Positions 51,480-61,610 of a stretch of 64,000 bases of DNA are shown one piece after another. Origin of the DNA: Flavobacteriales bacterium. GTDB taxonomy: Bacteria > Bacteroidota > Bacteroidia > Flavobacteriales_D > Sanyastnellaceae. How positions within the stretch are numbered: the first letter of the stretch is position 1; the number at the start of each line of letters is the position of its first letter. The stretch is from positions 5,479-69,478 of the forward strand of contig DAITMF010000012.1 of NCBI GenBank assembly GCA_036835325.1. The letters are read 5' to 3'. The translations under genes and the position numbers were made by a program. The notes beneath the pieces were generated by a model that worked only from the letters and a program-made list of their open reading frames with translations, was not told the DNA's origin and did no database searches.

Positions 51480-53657
51480 ATGAAAAAACTCCTCGCACTC
51501 CTCGCACTCCTCGCCTGCGCAGCTTGCACAGAAGCCGTCGCGCAAACTACGCCGCTGCCCGACCCCGGCACGCAAGCCTTGGAAACCGTTTGGCTTCACC
51601 CCATCAACTCGCCCGCCGAAACCGAAACCTACCAGTGGATTGAACTCGGCTTTCGCCTGCAAATGGCTACCCGACGTAAAATCGACAATTACATCGCCGA
51701 CCGTCAGGTACCCAATCGCCTAAATCCATTTGATCCGGCTGACCTTGACGTGCGCATGCGCTTTAGTCTCATCGACAGCCTTTCAGGCGACACCCTCCGA
51801 AGCCTCGAGCGAAATGCGTTCTGGTACCGTTCATTTCGGGTTGACTCAACAGCTACAGATCCGGATGACTGGACCCACACCGAAGTGCCAACACCCTTTA
51901 ACTTTCGCACCCGGTTCACTCCTCCAGAGGCCGGTCGGTGGGCAGTCACCGGCATGGTGATTGAAAACCAACGCGACACCACCTACACCAACACCACCTA
52001 CTTCAATGTCACCGCTGAACGTCGGCCAAACTTCCTCGCTGTTGGACCTTCAAAGCGTTATTTAATTCGCGATGGACGAGGATTCTTCCCCATTGGCCAA
52101 AACCTTCCTGTGCCTTCGTGCAGACCCGAAAGCGATGCCCGCTGCGCTGAAATGGAGTGTGCCGGCCAGGAAGCGTGGTGTTTTGGACGGATGATGAGCC
52201 CCCTTGGCTTCGACGTTTACCACAATGAAATGCGCCTTCTCGCCGAGAATGGAGGCAATTACTTCCGCCTACTGCTCGCTCCTTGGGCGCTCGAAATCGA
52301 GTTCGAAAAACTCAACAACTACCACGATCGAATGCACATGGCTTGGGAAACCGACCGCATTCTTGAGGAAGCCGAAAAACTCGGTTTATTGATCCATCTC
52401 AACCTGCACATACATTTCCCGTTTGAAGACCCTTCAGGGTACGGTATGTGGCAATGGGACTGGGGCGACTTACCTTGTTTCGACTACGACGACCCGTACT
52501 GTTATTGCGACGAGCTGAACCTGCCCAAGCCGATTGACTTTCTCAAAAGCGAGGCCGCCATGCGCCATTACAAAAATCGCTTGCGCTACCTCATCGCACG
52601 CTACGGCCACAGCACCAACATTGGGGTACTTGAGCTCTTGAGCGAAGCCAACAACGTAGGAGCAGGAAACATCCTCGATGAAAATTGTGCCACCATTAGC
52701 AGTCCGCCACGACCGTACATCTCCGAACCGGGATTCGCTAAGGCAGTGGCTGATTGGCACAAAGAATTGGCGCGATTCATCAAAGAAGACCTCAATCACA
52801 CCGACCACCTCGTCGCCGTGAGCTACACAGGCCCACCCTCATTTATCTTGGGTGATGACAGCTTCTACAGCGAACATGTAGACCTTGCTACCTACAATCA
52901 CTACAACCTCGCAGTTGACAAATACTACCGAACAGCGCAAACGGTTGAGCAGTTTCAATCAAACCGCCGAAAGCCGAGCCTGAGCGACTTCAACCCGCCG
53001 GCCATCAATAAGCCGCTCTTCTTTTCCGAGGTCGGTCCGGGGCCCGAAGAAGTGGCCTTCTGCGACAACGACATCCGGTGGCAGAAAGAAGCATGGCTAA
53101 GTCCGTTCATCGGCCTTGCAGGAATGGGACTTAACTGGTCAAACCAATACCGTGCCGATCTCTGGCGCCAGTTCCGGCACATCAACACGCTCTTCTCAAC
53201 GGTTGACTTGGAAGCCGGCCGGTTTGTTACCTACCGCTCTGAGAGCGATGACAAACGGTTCGAGCTGTTAGCGCTGCGCAGCCGCAAGGGCCAACGACAG
53301 GCCATCGGCGTGGTGCACAACCGAACGGTGAACTTTTATTCGGTGGCGACCGATACCGCTTCGGTGTGCCGAAGCAGCGACTGGCTCATTGACGACCTCG
53401 TCCGTCCCCAATTCCGCGAAGCGCAAACCCTAACCCACACCCGCGGCGATAAGGCCGCAGTCATTGAAAACATGGGCAGCCTTCAGCGCTACACCCTGCG
53501 TTTCATCCATCCTGAAACAGGTGAGACACTGACGACTGTTCCTGTGCGATCAGGGCTCTCGGGTAGACTCCGAATACCCTACCCTACGCTGCAAGCAAAT
53601 GGAGCGGCACTGTACGCCTTTGAAGTCGTTCGCGATACCGGCTCGCGCGAACAATGA
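51480..53657 (+). CDS. hypothetical lipoprotein, possibly a clan GH-A-like TIM-barrel glycoside hydrolase
   Basis: Signal/lipobox MKKLLALLALLACAAC. Candidate acid/base and nucleophile contexts are LELLSEANN and PLFFSEVG. The family assignment is uncertain. Confidence 0.55.
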   Translation: MKKLLALLALLACAACTEAVAQTTPLPDPGTQALETVWLHPINSPAETETYQWIELGFRLQMATRRKIDNYIADRQVPNRLNPFDPADLDVRMRFSLIDSLSGDTLRSLERNAFWYRSFRVDSTATDPDDWTHTEVPTPFNFRTRFTPPEAGRWAVTGMVIENQRDTTYTNTTYFNVTAERRPNFLAVGPSKRYLIRDGRGFFPIGQNLPVPSCRPESDARCAEMECAGQEAWCFGRMMSPLGFDVYHNEMRLLAENGGNYFRLLLAPWALEIEFEKLNNYHDRMHMAWETDRILEEAEKLGLLIHLNLHIHFPFEDPSGYGMWQWDWGDLPCFDYDDPYCYCDELNLPKPIDFLKSEAAMRHYKNRLRYLIARYGHSTNIGVLELLSEANNVGAGNILDENCATISSPPRPYISEPGFAKAVADWHKELARFIKEDLNHTDHLVAVSYTGPPSFILGDDSFYSEHVDLATYNHYNLAVDKYYRTAQTVEQFQSNRRKPSLSDFNPPAINKPLFFSEVGPGPEEVAFCDNDIRWQKEAWLSPFIGLAGMGLNWSNQYRADLWRQFRHINTLFSTVDLEAGRFVTYRSESDDKRFELLALRSRKGQRQAIGVVHNRTVNFYSVATDTASVCRSSDWLIDDLVRPQFREAQTLTHTRGDKAAVIENMGSLQRYTLRFIHPETGETLTTVPVRSGLSGRLRIPYPTLQANGAALYAFEVVRDTGSREQ

Positions 53658-53678
53658 GGTGTTCACACATCCTTTTCC

Positions 53679-53686
53679 TACTTTTG
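53679..53686 (+). promoter_or_regulatory. possible -7 box (TACTTTTG) for the DUF4290 gene
   Basis: Exact TAnnTTTG match ending 7 nt before ATG 53694. This would imply a leaderless or near-leaderless mRNA. Confidence 0.3.
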
Positions 53687-53693
53687 CACTGCT

Positions 53694-54347
53694 ATGCACG
53701 AAATTCAAGGCTTTGAACCTTACAACAGCCTCCGGCCTGATTTAATCATTCCGGAGTACGGTCGCAACATCCACAATATGGTTGACTACGCGAAAACCGT
53801 AGCCGATCGCGAAGAACGAAACCGAATCGCCCACGCCATTATCAGCGTTATGGGTCAGTTGTTTCCGCATTTGCGCGACATCGATGACTTCAAGCACAAA
53901 CTGTGGGATCACCTCCACATCATGGCCCGCTTTGAACTCGATGTTGACAGCCCGTACCCAAAGCCTTCACCTGAAACCTTTCAGTCAAAACCTGATCGCG
54001 TGGCCTACCCAAAAGGTGAACCCCGTTTTGGTCACTACGGCAAAACCGTGGAGCGGCTCATCGCCAAGGCACGTCAAACAGAGAATCCTGAAGAAAAAGC
54101 AGAATTCACTGCGGCCATTGCCAACCTCATGAAGCGCCACTTCGTGATGTACAACCACGCAACCGTTGAAGACAAAACCATCCGTCAGCAACTTACCATG
54201 CTGTCAGAGGGTGAATTGCAACTGCCCGATGACTTTGAGTTCCTGACGGTGCAAGACATCAACCGCATTGCGAGCAGTGGCCCCTCAAACAGTTCGAAAC
54301 TGAAGCCCTCGCGCAAAAAAAAGCCCAACAAGAAGCGCGTCGGCTAA
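53694..54347 (+). CDS. DUF4290 domain-containing protein
   Basis: The N-terminus ...LIIPEYGRNIHNMVDYA... and its position directly upstream of murA match the Bacteroidota DUF4290 family as I recall it. Confidence 0.7.
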   Translation: MHEIQGFEPYNSLRPDLIIPEYGRNIHNMVDYAKTVADREERNRIAHAIISVMGQLFPHLRDIDDFKHKLWDHLHIMARFELDVDSPYPKPSPETFQSKPDRVAYPKGEPRFGHYGKTVERLIAKARQTENPEEKAEFTAAIANLMKRHFVMYNHATVEDKTIRQQLTMLSEGELQLPDDFEFLTVQDINRIASSGPSNSSKLKPSRKKKPNKKRVG

Positions 54348-54446
54348 TTGACGGCCTATCCATTTATCATTGTCGATAAGTTTTCAGCTGCGCGGCCGTC
54401 GGCACCGGATGTTTTAAAAACTTCCCGCCGTTGAATCAACTGCAGT

Positions 54447-55751
54447 ATGGAAACCTTTATCATTGAAGGCGGGCACCGCCTCAAGGGTGAAATTGTGCCC
54501 CAAGGCGCGAAAAACGAAGCCCTTCAAATTGTCTCAGCCGTTTTGCTCACCCCTGAGCCGGTCACTATTTCGAACCTCCCTGACATCGTCGACGTCAATA
54601 AATTGATTGACCTCCTCGCCTCGATGGGCGTGAAAACCGAACGGCACACGCGCGACACTTGCACGTTTACCGCCAATAACATCGACCTCGGCTACCTTGA
54701 ATCTGAAGAATTCAGAAAGAAAGCAGGCAGCCTCCGCGGGTCTATCATGATTGTTGGCCCTCTCCTTGCGCGTTTTGGCAAGGCATTCATACCACGGCCC
54801 GGTGGCGATAAAATCGGTCGCCGTCGCCTTGACACCCACTTCATTGGCTTCCAAGACCTTGGCGCTCACTTCGAATACGACCCGCAAGCCTTCTTCTACC
54901 GCGTTACGGCAAAGCGTTTGAAAGGCACCTACATGCTGCTCGATGAAGCCTCGGTAACCGGAACAGCCAACATTGTCATGGCTGCTGCACTTGCCGAAGG
55001 CACCACAACAATCTACAACGCCGCTTGCGAACCCTACCTCCAGCAGCTGTGCAAAATGATCAACCGCATGGGCGGAAAAATCAGCGGAATAGGCTCAAAC
55101 CTCCTCACCATTGAAGGTGTTGAAGCCCTCGGCGGTTGCGACCACCGCTGTTTGCCTGACATGATTGAAATCGGTAGCTTCATCGGCCTTGCTGCCATGA
55201 CCCAAAGTGAAATCACCATCAAAAACGTCGCTTACGACGAACTGGGCATTATACCAACCATTTTCAAACGCTTGGGCATTCAGTTGGAGCGCCGCAACGA
55301 TGACATCTACATCCCTTCACAAGAGCTCTACACCATCGAAAACTTCATCGATGGCTCCATCCTCACCATTGCCGATGCACCCTGGCCGGGCTTCACACCT
55401 GACCTCTTGTCAATTGTGTTGGTAACCGCCACCCAAGCCCAAGGCTCCGTATTGATTCACCAAAAAATGTTCGAAAGCCGTTTGTTCTTCGTCGACAAAC
55501 TCATCGACATGGGCGCGCAGATCATTTTGTGTGACCCACACCGTGCAACGGTTATTGGACTCGAGCGCAAGGCACCGCTTCGTGGGGTCACCATGACCTC
55601 GCCTGACATTCGGGCAGGTGTTTCATTGCTCATCGCGGCGCTGTCGGCCGAGGGCACCTCACACATTCACAACATTGGCCAAATCGATCGTGGATACCAA
55701 AACATTGAGCAACGCCTCAAAAACCTTGGCGCCAAAATCGAGCGCGTGTAA
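54447..55751 (+). CDS. murA: UDP-N-acetylglucosamine 1-carboxyvinyltransferase
   Basis: METFIIEGGHRLKGEIVPQGAKNEALQI...; 434 aa; PGGDKIGRRRLDTH in place of the Cys-loop. Confidence 0.95.
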   Translation: METFIIEGGHRLKGEIVPQGAKNEALQIVSAVLLTPEPVTISNLPDIVDVNKLIDLLASMGVKTERHTRDTCTFTANNIDLGYLESEEFRKKAGSLRGSIMIVGPLLARFGKAFIPRPGGDKIGRRRLDTHFIGFQDLGAHFEYDPQAFFYRVTAKRLKGTYMLLDEASVTGTANIVMAAALAEGTTTIYNAACEPYLQQLCKMINRMGGKISGIGSNLLTIEGVEALGGCDHRCLPDMIEIGSFIGLAAMTQSEITIKNVAYDELGIIPTIFKRLGIQLERRNDDIYIPSQELYTIENFIDGSILTIADAPWPGFTPDLLSIVLVTATQAQGSVLIHQKMFESRLFFVDKLIDMGAQIILCDPHRATVIGLERKAPLRGVTMTSPDIRAGVSLLIAALSAEGTSHIHNIGQIDRGYQNIEQRLKNLGAKIERV

Positions 55752-55803
55752 CTTTGGAACAGTTCTTGCTCGTATATTGGTCAAACCAAATCTTTTTTCC
55801 ACG

Positions 55804-56373
55804 ATGAATTTCCGTAAACCCATGTTGGCACTCCTCGTAACCGCCGCTATAGGCGCGATGAGTTTTGCTGTAATTCCCTCAGACACACCCGAAACAGCCA
55901 CCCAACAAACTCCGAAAGTGGGCACCCGCATTGGCGACATTGCCCCCGAAATCGAGCTTGCTGCACCCGATGGCAAAATCATGAAGCTGTCTGAACTCCG
56001 CGGAAAACTCGTCTTGATTGACTTTTGGGCGTCGTGGTGCGGCCCTTGCCGCCGCGAAAACCCAAACGTGGTGCGTGCTTACGCGAAGTACCAAGAGGCC
56101 AAGTTTAAAACGGCGAAAGGATTTGAAGTGTTCAACGTATCGCTCGACCGCAGCAAAGAAAATTGGGAAGCCGCCATCGCGCAAGACAAACTCACTTGGA
56201 AGTACCACGTGAGCGCCCTGAAACAATGGCAATGTCCGGTCGCTGCGACTTACGGCGTAAGTTCCATTCCTATGAGCTTCCTCGTCGATGAAAACGGCAT
56301 CATTGTAGCCAAAAACCTTCGGGGCATGGCGCTCGATCAAGAAATAGACAAGCACGTAAAGGCTTTCAAATAA
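55804..56373 (+). CDS. TlpA-family thiol:disulfide oxidoreductase (exported thioredoxin)
   Basis: Start ATG 55804 (MNFRKPMLALLVTAAIGAMSFAV) and WASWCGPCRRENP. The track ORF's longer N-terminus overlaps murA. Confidence 0.85.
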   Translation: MNFRKPMLALLVTAAIGAMSFAVIPSDTPETATQQTPKVGTRIGDIAPEIELAAPDGKIMKLSELRGKLVLIDFWASWCGPCRRENPNVVRAYAKYQEAKFKTAKGFEVFNVSLDRSKENWEAAIAQDKLTWKYHVSALKQWQCPVAATYGVSSIPMSFLVDENGIIVAKNLRGMALDQEIDKHVKAFK

Positions 56374-56378
56374 CAACA

Positions 56379-56403
56379 GGGCGCGGTTAGCGCCCTTTTT
56401 TCT
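56379..56403 (+). terminator. rho-independent terminator
   Basis: gggcgc-ggtta-gcgccc followed by an 8-T run. Confidence 0.75.
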
Positions 56404-56545
56404 TCCTTTTTCCCTGCGGGGATGAGCGGCCTGCACAGTTTTATTCGACCCGCTGTCGCCCAAAGCCACTGCCGTTCTCATCCATCCACTAGCTGACAGA
56501 TTCTACCGTCAACTGACAAGATGTCGCCTGAACCAGCATTGGCAG

Positions 56546-56553
56546 TATTTTTG
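56546..56553 (+). promoter_or_regulatory. possible -7 box (TATTTTTG) for grpE-dnaJ
   Basis: Exact TAnnTTTG match 29 nt upstream of the grpE ATG. There is no clear -33 TTG. Confidence 0.3.
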
Positions 56554-56582
56554 CGAACGCCTCAGCGATAAATCACCCCGTG

Positions 56583-57119
56583 ATGGAAGAGAAACGTGAA
56601 ATGAACGAAGCAACCGCCGAGAACCCTACACATGAGGAGGCAACCGTGAACGAAACCCAGCAAGAGCAAGAGCAAGAAACCTCAAACGAGGCACGACTTG
56701 AGCGCGAACTGGCCGAAATGAAAGACAAGTTCATGCGCTTGCAAGCCGACTTCGAAAACGTGCGCAAGCGCCACGCTCGTGAACGCATCGAGCTGTTTCA
56801 AAATGCAGCCGGCGACATGATGAAAGAACTGCTGCCGTCACTTGACGATTTCGAACGCGCCATGGCCGTTGAAACCGATAGCACCGTGCACGAAGGCATG
56901 TCGTTGATCTACAACAAGCTCAAGCGCACCCTCGAAGCCAAAGGCCTTCGCGAGATGGACGTTCTGCACCAGGCATTCGACCCTGAGTTTCATGAGGCCA
57001 TTACCAACATCCCGGCGCCCGATGCCGCGCTCAAAGGAAAGGTGGTCGACGTTATCGAAAAAGGTTACTACATCAACGACCACGTACTGCGCTACGCCAA
57101 AGTGGTAGTAGGTCAATAA
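56583..57119 (+). CDS. grpE: nucleotide exchange factor GrpE
   Basis: ...[17 protein letters not shown]...; directly upstream of dnaJ. Confidence 0.93.
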   Translation: MEEKREMNEATAENPTHEEATVNETQQEQEQETSNEARLERELAEMKDKFMRLQADFENVRKRHARERIELFQNAAGDMMKELLPSLDDFERAMAVETDSTVHEGMSLIYNKLKRTLEAKGLREMDVLHQAFDPEFHEAITNIPAPDAALKGKVVDVIEKGYYINDHVLRYAKVVVGQ

Positions 57120-57126
57120 ATCATCC

Positions 57127-58245
57127 ATGGCAAAACGCGATTACTACGAAGTGCTGGGCGTTGCCCGAAATGCCGACGAGTCTGAGATTAAAAAGGCGTA
57201 CCGCAAGCTCGCGCTGAAGTACCACCCCGATAAAAATCCTGACGACAAAGACGCCGAAGAGCGCTTCAAGGAGGCTGCTGAAGCCTACGAAGTGCTCAGC
57301 GATGCCACCAAACGCCGCACCTACGACCAGTTCGGTCACGAAGGCATGCGCGGCGGTGGCTTCGGCGGTGGCGCAAGCTCCATGAACATGGATGACATTT
57401 TCAGCCAGTTCGGAGATATTTTTGGGGGCGCCTTCGGCGGATTCAGTGGCGGAGGCGGTGCCCGAGGTGGCAGCCGCCGTGTCAAAGGAAGCAACCTACG
57501 CATTAAGGTCAAGCTTACCCTTGAGGAGATCGCCAACGGATCACGGAAGAAAATCAAAGTGCTGCGCCTCGTGCAAGCCGAAGGAGTTGACTTTGGCGAC
57601 TGCACAACCTGCGGAGGCGTCGGTCAAGTGCGCCGAGTTACCAATACCTTCCTCGGGCAGATGCAAACCGCATCGACCTGCCCTACTTGTGGAGGAACAG
57701 GGAAAACCGTGCGCAACAAACCCAAAGACACCAACGAACACGGTTTGCGCCGTGAAGATGCTGAAGTCACCATTGACATTCCGGCGGGCGTTGAAGAAAA
57801 CATGCAGCTTACTGTGCGCGGAGAAGGCAACGCAGGCCCCTTTGGCGGCGTGCCCGGTGACCTTCTTGTCGTGATTGAGGAAGTTGAACACGACCTCCTC
57901 AAACGCAACGGAAAAAACCTCCATTACGACCTCTACCTAAACTTTGCCGATGCTGCGCTGGGAACCACAGCCGAAGTGCCACTGATCAACGGAAAGGCGA
58001 AAATCAAAATCGACCCTGGAACGCAAAGCGGAAAAATTGTCAGACTTCGCGGGAAAGGGCTACCGTCGGTTGAATCGTACGGCACAGGCGATTTGCTGGT
58101 AAACATCAACGTTTGGACACCCCAGTCGCTGAGTTCCGATGAGCGGGCCATGCTCGAGAAAATCCGCGACGCAGCGAACTTCAAGCCCAACCCTACGCAC
58201 CGTGACAAAGGCTTCTTTCACAAAGTGAAGGAAATGTTCACCTAG
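57127..58245 (+). CDS. dnaJ: molecular chaperone DnaJ
   Basis: J-domain with KYHPDKN, a G/F region, and zinc-finger CxxCxGxG repeats ([16 protein letters not shown]). Confidence 0.96.
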   Translation: MAKRDYYEVLGVARNADESEIKKAYRKLALKYHPDKNPDDKDAEERFKEAAEAYEVLSDATKRRTYDQFGHEGMRGGGFGGGASSMNMDDIFSQFGDIFGGAFGGFSGGGGARGGSRRVKGSNLRIKVKLTLEEIANGSRKKIKVLRLVQAEGVDFGDCTTCGGVGQVRRVTNTFLGQMQTASTCPTCGGTGKTVRNKPKDTNEHGLRREDAEVTIDIPAGVEENMQLTVRGEGNAGPFGGVPGDLLVVIEEVEHDLLKRNGKNLHYDLYLNFADAALGTTAEVPLINGKAKIKIDPGTQSGKIVRLRGKGLPSVESYGTGDLLVNINVWTPQSLSSDERAMLEKIRDAANFKPNPTHRDKGFFHKVKEMFT

Positions 58246-58310
58246 TGCCGCTCGTCACGCATTTTTCAAGGTTTATCCGATGTGCATAGGCGGGTCGGAG
58301 TGTGTTTGTT

Positions 58311-58318
58311 TAGTTTTG
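58311..58318 (+). promoter_or_regulatory. possible -7 box (TAGTTTTG) for the ABC transporter operon
   Basis: Exact TAnnTTTG match 16 nt upstream of ATG 58335. Confidence 0.3.
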
Positions 58319-58334
58319 TCGCAATACCTTTTCT

Positions 58335-59261
58335 ATGAATGCCCTAGACATCACGTCCATCCACAAATCGTATGCCAACCACACGGCCCTGAACAACGTG
58401 AGCGTTCACATGCCCGAAGGCTGCATTTTCGGATTGCTCGGACCGAACGGAGCCGGTAAAACCTCCCTCATCCGAATCATCAACCAAATCACGGCGCCTG
58501 ACAGTGGCGAAGTGAAGTTCTTTGGCGAACGCCTTGCCCCTGAACACGTGCACCAAATCGGCTACCTGCCTGAAGAGCGAGGCCTTTACAAGAAGATGAA
58601 AATCGGCGAGCAAGCCATGTACCTTGCTCGACTCAAGGGCATGAGCAAAGACGATGCCCGTCGCGAATTGAAGGCTTGGTTTGAACGCTTCGAAATCAGC
58701 GATTGGTGGAACAAAAAGGTCGAAGAGCTCAGCAAGGGCATGGCCCAAAAGGTTCAGTTCATTTCAACGGTGCTGCACAAACCCAAGCTGCTAATCCTTG
58801 ATGAGCCGTTTAGCGGTTTCGACCCCATTAACGCTGCGCTCATTCGGTCAGAGATCCTTCGGCTGCGCGACGAAGGAGCGAGCATCATCCTTTCAACCCA
58901 CAACATGGGTTCGGTAGAAGAGATTTGCGACCACATCGCCCTCATAAACAAGTCACGTGTGATCTTGGAAGGAAGTGTGAAGGATGTCCGCCAACGCTTT
59001 GACAACCACGAGTACAGCATCCGCTTCAGCGGAAATCTCATCGGATTCACGAACGCGCTTGGAGCCAATTTCATCCTTATCGACCAAAAACAGGTCGAAG
59101 GTGTGCACGAATGCACCCTTCAACTGAAAGATGGCTTGCGATTGAACGACCTCCTCAACGCTGTTATCAATCAGGTTGACATCCACGAAGTGGTGCCAAA
59201 AATCCCTTCAATGAACGAGATTTTCATTCGCGCTGTACAAAACGAAAACGCCAAGTCATGA
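58335..59261 (+). CDS. ABC transporter ATP-binding protein (ABC-2/NatA-like)
   Basis: Walker A GPNGAGKTS, signature LSKGMAQK, Walker B LLILDEP. Confidence 0.9.
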   Translation: MNALDITSIHKSYANHTALNNVSVHMPEGCIFGLLGPNGAGKTSLIRIINQITAPDSGEVKFFGERLAPEHVHQIGYLPEERGLYKKMKIGEQAMYLARLKGMSKDDARRELKAWFERFEISDWWNKKVEELSKGMAQKVQFISTVLHKPKLLILDEPFSGFDPINAALIRSEILRLRDEGASIILSTHNMGSVEEICDHIALINKSRVILEGSVKDVRQRFDNHEYSIRFSGNLIGFTNALGANFILIDQKQVEGVHECTLQLKDGLRLNDLLNAVINQVDIHEVVPKIPSMNEIFIRAVQNENAKS

Positions 59262-60598
59262 GCAAGATATCACTCGTTATCGGCCGCGAATACAGCAGCC
59301 GCGTAAAAAAGCGGTCGTTCATCATTATGACCTTGGTGGGCCCTATACTCTTTGCGGCCCTCATGGCGGTGGCGATTTTCGTTACCCAAGCCGACCAAAC
59401 CGACCACAAGGTGCTGGTAGTTGATACAACCGGCATCATCACCAACTACAACGAGTCGCTCGAGGCTTATGTGCCCAACTGCATTGATTGCTTCCCGGAG
59501 CGGTCAGACTATGTGTGGCGATTCAGCAACAAACAGCTCAGCGATTCGAGTTTCATCAACGGCGACTACAGCGTAATGATTGAGCTGTACGATGACCTCT
59601 ATCAGCACAAGCAGGCCAACCTGTACTATAAAAAGGTACCGAGTATTTCAGCCACTTCGTACATGGAAAGCTGCATTGAGCAGGCCGTTGAACGTGCGCG
59701 CGTGATGGAAGAAGCGACCCTTGATTACGAAACCTACAAACGGCTGAAGGTTGACATCAACCTGAACAAGATCAACATTCAGAAAGGCGAAACCTTTGAG
59801 CAAGAGCGCGCTGCGGTTGGTTTGGGCTTTGCTGTGGTGATTTTCTTCTTCATTTTCCTCTTTGGTGCGTATGTGATGCGCGGCGTGATGGAAGAGAAGT
59901 CAAACCGCATTGTGGAAGTGATTGTATCATCGGTGAAGCCGTTTCAACTGATGATGGGTAAAATCATTGGAATTGGCCTTGTGGCCCTCACCCAGATTTT
60001 GATTTGGGTGGTGTTCAGTTTCGTCATCTTCACCATCGCAGGTTTACTTTTTGAGGCGGGTTCACTGAACTCCATGATGGAAACCGCCGAGCTCGCCAAC
60101 CAGCAGGCGGCCAACGCCGACTTTGAGAGTTTCTTGGCACAGCAAGACGGCGTGAAGTTGTTGCTTGAAATCAACTGGCCCTTAATGCTCTCGATGTTTG
60201 TCATTTACTTCATTGGAGGCTACCTGATTTACAGCGGATTGTTTGCCGCCATCGGGTCGGCTGTGGATGATGAAAACGACCTTCAGCAATTCATGACACC
60301 CGTGATGCTGCCGCTTATGTTTTCGTACTTCGTGTCGATCATGAGTGTGAACAATCCCGAAGGTTTTGCCGCGCAACTGTTTAGCTACATCCCCTTTACC
60401 TCGCCAACCGTGATGATGGTACGTGTAGCCATTGGCGGAGTAAGTTTTTGGGAGCTGTTGGCCTCCATCAGCATACTTGGTGCGACCTGCTTCGGACTGA
60501 TATGGTTCGCAGGCAAGATTTACCGCACGGGCATCTTGATGTACGGAAAGCGACCAACCTACAAAGAATTGTGGAAGTGGCTTAAGTACAAAGGTTAA
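59258..60598 (+). CDS. ABC-2 family transporter permease (NatB-like, large extracytoplasmic loop)
   Basis: ATGA overlap with the ATPase gene. 446 aa: one N-terminal TM segment, a ~150-aa loop, then 5 TM segments. Confidence 0.8.
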   Translation: MSKISLVIGREYSSRVKKRSFIIMTLVGPILFAALMAVAIFVTQADQTDHKVLVVDTTGIITNYNESLEAYVPNCIDCFPERSDYVWRFSNKQLSDSSFINGDYSVMIELYDDLYQHKQANLYYKKVPSISATSYMESCIEQAVERARVMEEATLDYETYKRLKVDINLNKINIQKGETFEQERAAVGLGFAVVIFFFIFLFGAYVMRGVMEEKSNRIVEVIVSSVKPFQLMMGKIIGIGLVALTQILIWVVFSFVIFTIAGLLFEAGSLNSMMETAELANQQAANADFESFLAQQDGVKLLLEINWPLMLSMFVIYFIGGYLIYSGLFAAIGSAVDDENDLQQFMTPVMLPLMFSYFVSIMSVNNPEGFAAQLFSYIPFTSPTVMMVRVAIGGVSFWELLASISILGATCFGLIWFAGKIYRTGILMYGKRPTYKELWKWLKYKG

Positions 60599-60599
60599 G

Positions 60600-61565
60600 A
60601 TGCGCATTGGAATCGTTGATTGCGGAACAAACACCTTCAACCTGTTGGTTGCTGAAGTCGAGAACGGCCAATGGAGCCATGTGTTCACGGGCAAAGCAGC
60701 CGTAAGACTTGGAAAAGGTGGCTTTCATCAAGGCATCATCAAGCCGGAAAGGCTTGCCCGCGGAATCGACGTGCTGCTGTCGCACCGAGAAACCATGATC
60801 AATTTTGGCGTAGAACGCGCTGCGATTTTCGCCACGGCAGCTGTGCGTGAAGCATCGAATGCCTCGCAATTTCTTCGGAAAGCACATGAAGTGACCGGCA
60901 TCGAAGTGATTGTGATCGATGGCATGCGCGAAGCCGAGTTGATTTTTGAAGGGGTTCGGCAAACTTTTCCTGTGGATGGAGGCACGTACACTGTGATGGA
61001 CATTGGCGGGGGGAGCACCGAGTTCATCATTGGCAAAGCTGAAGGCATTCTATGGAAGCAGAGCTTTCCGCTTGGTGTGTCACGTATACAAGAGTTTTTG
61101 AATCCGTCAGACATTCTCACCGACGACGAAACTGCTCGATTGACACAGTCATTCGCCAAGGTACTTTTGCCTTTGAAAGAGGCGTTGGAACGCCACCCAA
61201 GCCACACCCTCATCGGTGCTTCAGGCTCGTTTGACACCTTAACAGCGATGATTGCTGCTGCGCGGAGGCAAAGTTTTGACCCGCTGAGGAACCGCATCGC
61301 CTTGGATGACTTTAGCCGCATGCACAGCATTCTCGCCAGCAGCACCTTTGAGCAACGCCTTGCTTTGCCCGGAATGCTTCCGATGAGGGCTGACACCATG
61401 CCATTGGCCAGCGCCTTAATTGACTATGTGATTCAAGCATATGGCATGACGACGCTCATTCAATCATCGTATGCCTTAAAAGAAGGTGCATTGAAGTGCA
61501 TTATAGAAGGACGCTTGCGCGCAACCAATTTCAAAACACGATTCACACACGACGACGGCAACTAA
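60600..61565 (+). CDS. Ppx/GppA-family phosphatase (exopolyphosphatase-like)
   Basis: ASKHA-fold motifs IGIVDCGTNTFNLLV and MDIGGGSTEF. It starts 1 nt after the permease stop. Confidence 0.8.
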   Translation: MRIGIVDCGTNTFNLLVAEVENGQWSHVFTGKAAVRLGKGGFHQGIIKPERLARGIDVLLSHRETMINFGVERAAIFATAAVREASNASQFLRKAHEVTGIEVIVIDGMREAELIFEGVRQTFPVDGGTYTVMDIGGGSTEFIIGKAEGILWKQSFPLGVSRIQEFLNPSDILTDDETARLTQSFAKVLLPLKEALERHPSHTLIGASGSFDTLTAMIAAARRQSFDPLRNRIALDDFSRMHSILASSTFEQRLALPGMLPMRADTMPLASALIDYVIQAYGMTTLIQSSYALKEGALKCIIEGRLRATNFKTRFTHDDGN

Positions 61566-61610
61566 CCAGGCACGAAATTTGTTTCTTTGCCCAATAAACA
61601 CTCCTGAACC

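Noticed and set aside
55618-55803. Upstream extension of the TlpA-like ORF
   Set aside because: It overlaps the murA 3' end. The signal peptide begins at ATG 55804.
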